Assembly: GCF_964204645.1 (NCBI RefSeq)
Contig: NC_134026.1
Coordinates: 25,082,150-25,146,149 of the forward strand
Direction: 5' to 3'
DNA: 64,000 nt
Source: Tubulanus polymorphus
Lineage: Eukaryota; Animalia; Nemertea
Position 1 is the first letter of the stretch, and each line of letters opens with the position of its first letter. Positions 54,501-64,000 of the stretch are shown one piece after another. A model generated the notes under the pieces. The model worked only from the letters and a program-made list of their open reading frames with translations. It had not been told where the DNA came from and ran no database searches. The translations under genes were made by a program, and so were the position numbers.

Positions 54501-56851
54501 TTAGAAAGGGAATATGTGAGAATGATTTTAACGTTTTATGAATCAAACTTACAAGTATCTTCAGACACAAAACGTCATCATTACCAGCAGCCCTATGTAA
54601 GGCAATCGACGACGTTTCCCCATCGGGTAGATTTACATCCACCTCTCGGCATTCACACAATATCTATTGATACATTTGTGATATAAGACCAATCCGATAT
54701 TAATTTTGTGAATGAGGAATGATGAACTTTACAGGGTTTCTAAATTTGTAATCGTATTATATAACAATTTCTTTATGAAATCTAATATTACATAATTTTA
54801 CTCTTCACTCTGATTCTACAAATTCTTTACCTTCAAAACTTCTTCTTGTGAATTAGATGTCGCTATATGTATGGCGGCCATCTTTTTGTTATTCAGGATG
54901 TTTGTATTGGCGCCGTATTTAAGCAAGTATTTCGTGACTGAAACCTGGTTATTTTCAACAGCAACATGCAGCGGCGTATCCCCGATACAATCCTGAGCAT
55001 CGATGTCTTAAAAACACACAATTTGTCAAAATGAATCTATCGCGCATCGACGTTAGGCATAATTTTGTGCATGTTAATTTGTTATTATCTATCTATGATA
55101 TAAAATCTGTAATTCATCAAATATTCAACAAAAGAAGATTATGAATAGTCATAATCCACATGTTAATCTGCATTAAAACAAAAATTATGTATAATGAATT
55201 GCATCACCCACCGCTTCCATGGTTTACGCAGAAATCTATAATTGGTACATGTCCCTTCGCAGCGGCTATGTGTAAAACAGTACGTTTTTTCGAGTTTTTC
55301 GTGTGTATCAACGAATTATTCTGGTTGTAACATCTCTCCAGTTCCACTAAATTCCCTACATTTGCGAACTTGAAAGGAAAATTTATAATGTAATATTGAA
55401 ATTGTTAAATATAGATTTAACAAGGAAAATACGCCTTATACCGTGTAATATGCGAAAGCTTGGCTCACATGACATGACCATCTTTTACCTTTGATAAAAC
55501 TGTATCATTTAATTGTAGAATTCATCATATCACTAGGTTCAATTTAAGATTCGTAGGCTTTTTAAAGTAAACATAATAAGTACAATATGTCATTTCCATG
55601 TTTTAGGGTAGTTCACTAGTAATGGATTTACCTCTTGTGTTAACAGTCCATGAACCAAAATACGATAATGGAAAGATGTGAACGAGAGAGCAGATTTAAT
55701 AATAGTTCTGTTGATTTTTCTGTTGACAGATATTCTATTTACATCGCGTTATGATATAGTGTGACTAAGCGTTTTACTTCACACACATACAAATGGTTGT
55801 TGGAAATTGCCATTGGCTTTTAAATGGGTAGTAACGTTTGTCCCATTAGTTCGCGTCGCAGCCATCATCGCGTAATCTGATTCACAAAAATAGCGAAACG
55901 TTATTTCACGTAATCACGTAATATTCACTCCTTTTATGCTTAGTATTCTTATCGATATTGTAAGAAGGTTCACTTTCGTCTAGTTATTTCAGTCTTTTGA
56001 CAAACCTAAGTACCAATTTCCGTTTAGGTCGATTTTAATGCTAATGCTCATTTCTGCTTTGTAGTTGTTGCTTCAGTATACGGGTGTGAAACGAATATTA
56101 CGTTACATTTACAGCAAATCATCCCGCATGTCTTATGGAGAACTGTTTACGTGACAATATGAATTCAATTTTCAGACAACAGGTATCTCTGTTGATCTAT
56201 TTGTTTAGCTTACAACCGCATCGGATCGGGAAAGGGGTTTATTGACATCACTAATGTAACCATTACGTAGAGTTTTATCCATCAATTTCACGGCATCGAT
56301 TCACGTTTAGGAATCATTTTAGTCGCTCTCCATCCAACACCAAATCGGACAACTGTTTGTCCATTCCCATAGAATAATGTTAGAGATAAAATAATTTCTA
56401 TCCCCAATGGTACAGTGTGCTCCATTGATTACTAGTGGATGTTTATATGATTTCCGATTGCTTTCCATATTTATCAAATGATGCCCAATGGGGAGCTGAA
56501 TACATCCCTGACATAATCAACGAATACAAAGAAAAACATCACAATTTCTGGCTTCCAACCTCCTTGCTTGTTCACGACAATTTAACGGATCTTTATCCAT
56601 CTAATAGGCTGACGATGTAAGCTGAAACTCCTTTGGGTCTTCAGAACGTATTATCGTTAAAAAAATCTAAAAGAATATATATAGTTTAATGTAGAAAAAT
56701 CATAATTTACCTTGAATAAACGTAATGGACTATCGGTGAGCATACATGTTTCATCATCCCCCAAATCATCAATTTCAATATCCCTTTTGGGTGAAAATTT
56801 TCCCGGTTTCACCAGAGAAGCAAGAGATAAAAAACTCCTTCGTTTAGCCAT
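48508..56851 (-). CDS. TRPA1: TRPA1-type ankyrin-repeat cation channel (many small exons)
   Basis: Many ankyrin repeats (TVLHIAA, TPLHVAV, TPLHHAA, TPLHYAS, SPLHFAARYGR); LGHPVLANYLNMKW; six TM segments; FMPILLMNML|IGLAVGDIDSIQRNARIKRIALQ; C-terminal coiled coil (KQYSLTRLIVQKMEI). Confidence 0.93.
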
Positions 56852-57574
56852 TTTGCATTCAAAAATCACCTCAGCTTCGAATCAGTCTTAATTTTCAAGT
56901 TTCATCACCAAAAGTGCTGCTTCTTGTCACTGTGGTAAACCTGATGCAACTGGCAACACGCAAATACGCAAATACGCTGCGTCAGTTGCTTCAATTTGTA
57001 GGTGGATTGTTCGTAATCAATGATCAATATTGGGGGACACTACTATTATTTGCTGTTGTCCCAATGGACCTGTATCTACATCGTCACACACACACACATG
57101 ATCCAATTCATTCAATTTGGCATCACTTAAAAAAATCAACATCAGTATGATGTTGTTTACGCATTGACAACCACGATGTTACCTCAGGCCAACAGACGCA
57201 TCGGACATCTGATGGTTTATTAGATCATTAAATTAGTACCTCCGAGATGGTGTATACGTGGTCTGGCTTTGGTCTAAGAGATCAAAGACTAATCTAAGAC
57301 CAATTTAGTTCTTTCACTCTAACGATTTAAGACTAGTCTTAAGATTGAAGATTGCTTTTTGGACGAATGGAATTGAATGTCTCGTGTGTGCTTCTGTCCC
57401 GTTCAGAGGAGCACCCATGAAAACCCTGAACGCTGCAATGAAGGATACACTGCATTATTGGTTGTCTGGTATCCTGTCTGAACTCAAGTGGTCCTTTAGC
57501 ACAGTTACTAATAGTCGAAACGAAGAATTTCTGCAAGGTTCGTGGTGGCCTGCTACCGCGCCGGGTGACTATAA

Positions 57575-57609
57575 GGTTATCGAGCTGTATCAGATACAGC
57601 TCGATAACC
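57575..57609. repeat. Perfect 17-bp inverted repeat with 1-nt spacer
   Basis: ggttatcgagctgtatc-a-gatacagctcgataacc. Confidence 0.9.
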
Positions 57610-58944
57610 CAGTGTTGAAAGACTTCCCCGGTCTGCTATTCCCCAAAAACCAATCACTTCTACGCCATAGCCAAGACCGCCGGCTCTTCCCGGGGAGGAC
57701 GACCGAACATAAGACAAACAGTCCAACGAACTACATGGCGGAGTGTATCCCTTAGTTACGTCGATACAGATATTTTCGCAAGATGGCGCAGGGGTAGGGC
57801 TTGATATGAAATACGACGACGAATTCTTGAGAAATTAAACTACTTTATTTTGAATGAATATTTTTGAAATTCACGATTGAATGATGCAGTATGTAAAGGA
57901 ATGTGGAAAACAATGACAAATCTCGTAAGATGTTTACTCAGATTATATTTTAGAAACTGCTGATTAAAAAAGCCACCTTGGGACATCATCAACGTCTGTT
58001 TGCAAAATGTTAATCAAATTAGAAAGAAATAAAGAAGAAAAATATATAAACAATCACATGAACCGTAAATGTATCCTCCTCAAGCTGAAATGTATGATCT
58101 CAGTGGCCTTCGGGTGATTTTACTGATAGAAATTCTTATAGAACTTTGTATATACTGATATCTTTCTGTTGTGTTGATAACACGTGATATTTCATTTGCT
58201 AACGAACGTATTGGCAACCTGCCTTACAAACACGCGTGTGCGATTCAATTTTTGACCGACCGAATGAAATGTATAAGGTAAGTCTTCTTTGATCTCAACG
58301 TCCGGATATTGTCCTCGTATGTCCGCAGCCCCGCAGAGTGCTGCAATAACCATCCCGCATTGAAAAACGTTTTTGCAGTGATCACAAACGTAATCTTGTT
58401 TTTGAGTACAGACTACGAAGCAATGATAAAGAAACATCAGTATCCTCAACATAAATTTACCATTAAGGACTAGAATTAAACTGTTGAATTACATTGCTAA
58501 TTAGTAGATTGTGTGTTGTCTACTAATTGAAAATCAGAACGTCACCACTCGAAATCATCTACTTTTCCATATTCATTCTTCTAATATAAGCTGGATTTCT
58601 TTCTCCGAAGCTTTGCGACCTTTTCACTACCCATCGACAATCACACAACAAAAAATGCATTTTGATTTCAAACCTTTGATATCTTTTGGCGGGACGATCA
58701 GTCCGCTCCTCGGTCATCAATCATGTTTTAATGACTAGTTCAAATATATATCAATATCTTAAACAAATAGCCGAATTCTTTTACCGCCAACGCTTTGCAT
58801 ACGGCGGTTGCTTTTTATTGTAAAGACGGACACCAAGAAAAGATATTGTATGGATACGGTCAACAATTTGATAGCATACAAGAACTAAGATAAGTGTAAA
58901 ATCCCACAATAATTGAATGAATGACTAAAAAGTTAATTGAAATA

Positions 58945-58989
58945 TAGAAATATTTCGGGTGGTGGTTTCTACCACCCTTCTTCAGTCTA
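58945..58989 (-). ncRNA. Minimal type I hammerhead ribozyme motif (intact)
   Basis: UAGA-CUGAAGA-A-GGGUGGU-AGAAACC-ACCACCC-GAAAUAUU-UCUA: stem I UAGA/UCUA, 7-bp stem II, palindromic AUAU stem III. Confidence 0.75.
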
Positions 58990-59014
58990 AAAAGTAGTAA
59001 TTTTTTCTCTTTTT

Positions 59015-59056
59015 TAGACTGAAGAAGAACGGTAGAAACCACCCGAAATATTTCGA
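59015..59056 (+). ncRNA. Degenerate hammerhead motif (inverted partner copy)
   Basis: UAGA-CUGAAGA-AGAACGGUAGAAACCACCC-GAAAUAUU-UCGA: core retained, stems I and II disrupted. Confidence 0.5.
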
Positions 59057-60282
59057 CATTTCAAATAAACTTCTTAGACATTCATTTGATTATTTTGAGA
59101 TTTTAGGCTTATCGTCTCATCACAGATAATGTGATCAACTGGTTCATTCTTCAAGAACTAGGATAATTCAGTTCAGAGTTTCAGATCTTAGAAGAATATT
59201 CGGTGAACTGAGTTTGCTTGTATTCATTCTCTTGGTTCATGTGAAATCCGATACTAAAAAGAAAATCGACTCGCAAATTTTCAAACAAATCAACAATGGC
59301 AAGGTGAAATACTTTTTGGTATCAAAACCATGTAAGTTCCAATGCAAGGAAGTTTGTATCGATTAAATACAAAATTTGCGATTTTTGAATTTTCATATCG
59401 TATAGTCGTAACATGTGTAAAACGTTTCGAGGGTTCGACGACGAAATGCTAATATTGTTATCATCCACACATCACCACACCTGCTGACTTCATGAATGAT
59501 TTTACCGGTTAGATAAAAATTTTACGTCGTTATGAATTATCATTTGACCCAACGGAAGGCTTTGTTCAACCGCCGATATATAACTCGGGATATGGTTCAA
59601 TGATGGCGCAGACCTTAGTTTTTTGTCATCACAATTCGTTATCTCTTCGGGAAAATGGCTAGATCGAGAATTAAAATCGACAAGAATACAGACCCAGGTC
59701 ACTATACATATCTATATCATATACTCCACATTTATGTGGCTTCATTCATATAGCCTAGGAAATCGTGTGAGGTTTTCGACGTGTTTCTGGTGTTTTATTA
59801 CTTCCAATGAGTATGTTCTATGTGATATCTTTGTGGTAGTTTTGCTCGTTTTGTTTATATGTACGATATGGCTTCTCGACACAGCTATTTCGCTACAAAC
59901 CTATTGATCGAAGATGACCAAATATTTTCAAACATAACCAAGCAATAACAGTATTTACTTCTAGATTTATTTCATCGGCCTAGTATGTTTGTTTAGTCAT
60001 AGTCTTCGCTAATTTTCGCATTTATTAATCATGGACGTCACTAAACAAAATCAAGATGATTAATATTTAAACTCGACTGGATACAAATATTGACTAAAAC
60101 GAAGAACACCAAGCAAGTGCGGACTCGCCGATATTTCCAGCCTTTTACGGCTTAAGTATTTCCATGTTCAAACATTTTGCCTTGTATAGTTTGCTTTTAC
60201 GATGTATAATAATATGTGTTTAGGATAAACTCATTGTACAATTAACTCAGTGTTTAAACACAAATGCATTCCTGACCCGCAG

Positions 60283-60368
60283 ATATATGTGTCCCCGGTA
60301 ACACCGGGAATCACCAGTACCATGCCCGAACTAGTTGTAAACGGTTCATCAGCAACAAAGAATAGCAG
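60283..60368 (+). other. Candidate exon of a further gene (possible start MPELVVNGSSATKNS)
   Basis: Acceptor cctgacccgcag, Kozak-like accATG, strong donor CAG|gtaagg; no recognisable homology. Confidence 0.3.
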
Positions 60369-60469
60369 GTAAGGATAAACACTTTTTGGTTTTATATTCA
60401 TAAACTATGTATTCAATTTACGGAAAACACCAGTTGTTCATCGAACAGCTTTATATCTGACTTAATCGA

Positions 60470-60680
60470 TTTAGGGCCTTGCATTTGATCTTCTCTCTCC
60501 TCTCTCCAATCTCAGCTTTCCTTATTCTCCCACTGTCATTGGGTGCCTGCGTCTGGCTTTGCAAGGCCCACATGGAAAAGCGTTGTTTGTGCTTCTTTCT
60601 CTGTCGTTTTAATTTTTCTCACTGATTTTATATTTCTGCCTTTCTTTGAAACAACTATTGAATTGAAATTGAATTGAATC
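60470..60680 (+). mobile_element. Probable 3' end of a non-LTR retrotransposon (CR1/L2-like)
   Basis: Pyrimidine-rich tract ending in an (ATTGA)n tail: attgaattgaaattgaattgaa. Confidence 0.4.
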
Positions 60681-63600
60681 TACAATTGTAGCTCTATAAT
60701 TGTACGTATGATATTCCTCGTTGTCTGTATGTTAACCACCATTGAAAAATAGGAAAGGCCAAGTCAAGTGGTGGGATGGTTCAATATACGGATTATGTTA
60801 ATCCTTCATATGAAAAGCAGTTTATCGATGATTGTCCGAAAACTAAGATTAAACATGCCAAAAATTCTGAATTTCTTTATGTCGAATCTATTTAATGAAA
60901 CCGCTGTTTTTGATAATCCTCCACGAAGGATAATCTGAAAGTGGTATAAATTCTAGATGTTAAACCGTATAATACACGTATGAACAGATTACAAGCATGT
61001 AAATCCTATGAATTGCGCTACGAAATCTCGATGAAAAGACAGTTTACATAAGCGTCTTGACAAGTTTACCCTCCATGATGGGGTATAAATAGAGGCCCGC
61101 TAGAGAACAACGGATCTGAACAATCTGATACTAAGCACACATCCACCAAAACCATTTAACAGAAAGTCAACAAAATTCTCTAAAGCAGTCTTATGGTTTT
61201 AGACCATTGCGTCGTTCGGAGGCATATAAAAGACATGCATGTCGTTAGGGCACATTTCATTTTATATTTAATTCAGATCGGATTGGAGCTACTGGGGTAC
61301 GTCTTCGTTGAACGCACTTGCAGGATCAAAACAGGGAATTTATTTGGGGGCTTCATCCCAATTACATATTAGATTCTGAAAGGTTAGTCGGGGAGCTCTC
61401 TCGCACCTCCCTCATCGAGTTAAACGTCCTTTGTCTCATTTTCTGCGACATCAGCTTGTCTCTACCTTTTACGGTGGTATATGTTGCCGAACAACTTCAC
61501 AATTTCTATCTTATCATTGTACAAATATTGCCAGGCATCCTAATGTTTATGCATGAAGCTAATATCAGGTTGAATAAACATATGGCGAATTTTATGCAGC
61601 AGCAATAATTATGCGCCATATTTCTCTTTACATTTACCAGAATTGAGAGTCATCAAGTTTAGAAGCAAGGGGTGTTCTCATTTTCCCAGCTGACATCTAA
61701 ATTCGTAAGTATGCAATAAGACTATAGAGAGATATATAATTCTTCAAGAATTCTCCGACTAACAAATTTCATATCATCAAAATTATATCGCACTCTTCTA
61801 TTCGAGGGAAGGAGACCATGTCCATTTACACTATGTGGGCAGTATACGTATTTTTTTATTTCCCATATTCTCTCATGCTTATCAGGAAAGCTATCAATCA
61901 GTCTCCCCTTCTTAAAACGTGTCATGTTTGAATTCTGTTGCCATGTTCAGTATAAGCTATTATGTGTGCGCATGCGTACATGACCACGTGATTTTATAGA
62001 CAGATGCCTTTCTGGCCTTTTTCCCAGATCCCGGCTCCCACGCGGCAGACAAAATGAGTCAAGGATTTTAGCGATTCAGAATAGCAACGGATTGCGAATC
62101 CTTAAACTGAAAAAACCCATCTGTAATATTGGTCAGATTTAGAATAGTGAGATTTTTTTGTGGAAAATGAGAATAGAGCTGAAAACGGAATCAATGGACG
62201 TATACGTTATCTATCTTAAAATTGAAGCTTGATTATGGATTTCAAAAATGGTGGTGAAAATTTTCTAGGTATGAATTAACATGAATTTTGTAAATTCTTG
62301 CGATGTATCGTAAACGGTTCTTGTTTTTATTGTTTTTTGCAGTTGCATCTTTAGTTTGATTTAAATGATTTGCATGGCTTCGGGAATATAAGCATAATGC
62401 TGTCTAAATCACTTTAGTATTATGCTGCTATTCACGAGACCTATCAAGCTAATTCAAAAAGAAAATTGCGACGTACGTAACTCTCGACAACAGGATACAA
62501 AATTTCCCGCCAGTCGAATGACAAAGTTCAACGAGTTGATATCATTTGATTTCCTTACTGTAGGTAAGTGTTACATGAAGAATATTCGTCGGCGTCGTTG
62601 AATATATTCATTATTCATAATGAAAAAACTTTATATACTTTTTGATTTACATTTGCATCGTATTTGCTTGTGGTACAGCTTTCGTTTTAGATTGCATGAA
62701 ATGCTCTCAATCTACTGAAAGTGAAAATCAATCTTTTTGAAATACGAATTCGAAACCGAAACTATTGCGTTTAATTTGGTCTTCAAATCAACAGAAGGAT
62801 CTATTTGAATCATAACGTAAAGCTTTTTAATGCTATGGTAAATTATCCTTTAGGACAGATATGCGAAATCATTTACCTGTATTTGTGGGTCCTTCTTCAA
62901 AAGTCATAAAATGATTAATTACTGATTAGTATGTAACTATGACAACTGGGTCATGTCTATACGTAGAGTACTACGTCACTGCGGACAAATATTGACTGTA
63001 GGCATATGACAAATATGATCAGTTGGTAGTTTTGACAAGACCTTAGCCAACAATGCCTATACGAGTACCGGTATATGTCTTAATTTTACGAGTACAGATA
63101 TTTTCTTTGGCTAATTCAACAAGTTAAAGAATATATTTCATATCACGTGTCTGCTTTTCAGAAGGAAATAGTAAAAGATAGTTTAACTCATCGTTAGTTA
63201 ACCATTTTTGTCCGATGTTATCCAGATACTCGTTTTGGCTTATTCTACGACATTTAGTTATTTCAGGAAGGACATCGAGAGAGAGGACACGTCATATCCG
63301 ATACCCCACACATCGAATATTTATTTGGTGCACACTGACAGAGATTTGTCGTTCATTTACAAACGTGAATGAAAAATTTACAGATAGATAATCTCCAAAT
63401 TATTAGAAATTTAGAATTCATCAATACTTGATCCATTTGAAACAAAATTTGAATGATTATCGATTTGATTATGTAACATAATTTCTATATTGCCTCGTTC
63501 AGAGAGAAAGCGCGGAAAATTCATAATAATATGTTAATGCTGTCTGGTAGTGACGCGAGAGTAGGTATAACTGGGCGGAGTGATGATTAAACACCAACCA

Positions 63601-64000
63601 AGGCGGATGAGATTGGTCATCATCCATCATGAGATGAGATATCGGCACACTGTCAATATTTGGTTACCTTTTCTGCTGGCGATACGAATATCCTATTTTA
63701 GACAATTTCCCGTCCAAATGCGCGCTCTTAAGACGCACCTTTTTTGAGATTATTCATTTCATCGCATTCGATCAGGGTGGATTTTTTATTTCTTGTGGAA
63801 GTTGTAAAAAGAGATCCAGTTGTATATAGTTGATATATATATAGTTGATCGAGTAATAGTGCTGCAAAATCCAGTTCAGTTTCGAAAAGCTAATTACAGT
63901 AAACAGTAAATTGCTTAAGTACAGTCAGTGAGAGATGGAATATCTTATTCATTAACAAGTATTTGATTCATCGTAGCTTAATCTAAATGGATTGATAAAA

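Larger units (their letters stand above)
58889..59113. mobile_element. Fold-back pair of Penelope-like pLTR ends, each with a hammerhead motif
   Basis: About 105-bp imperfect arms around a short spacer (about 58995-59008); terminal aaaatcccacaataa shared with the 34.8-kb element. Confidence 0.7.

Noticed and set aside
57345-57755. 136-aa ORF, and RNase MRP or snRNA identity for this region
   Set aside because: No domain similarity; I could not find the conserved RNA motifs by eye.
59420-59450. aaacgtttcg as another hammerhead half
   Set aside because: No CUGANGA partner, stem II or terminal motif nearby.

Overview
AT-rich, intron-containing metazoan (invertebrate, plausibly lophotrochozoan; inference) genomic DNA with very short introns. 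Genes in order: an intronless SREB-like orphan class A GPCR (+) that appears nested in a giant intron of MTO1 (-; only the first 7 coding exons are found); two tandem tyrosylprotein sulfotransferase (TPST) paralogs (+); GOSR1 (-); TSEN2 (-); a PIMREG/FAM64A-like gene (+); BCL7 (-); DUS4L (+); and a TRPA1-type ankyrin channel (-). The most unusual non-genic signal is a set of three short inverted-repeat insertions (about 34.8, 37.3 and 59.0 kb) carrying minimal hammerhead ribozyme motifs and a shared terminal motif, matching Penelope-like retroelement pLTR architecture. Also present: pogo/Tigger-like MITEs, tRNA-derived SINE pieces, a 584-bp tandem duplication, a U12 intron and GC-AG introns. 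All calls were made by eye; no database search was run.
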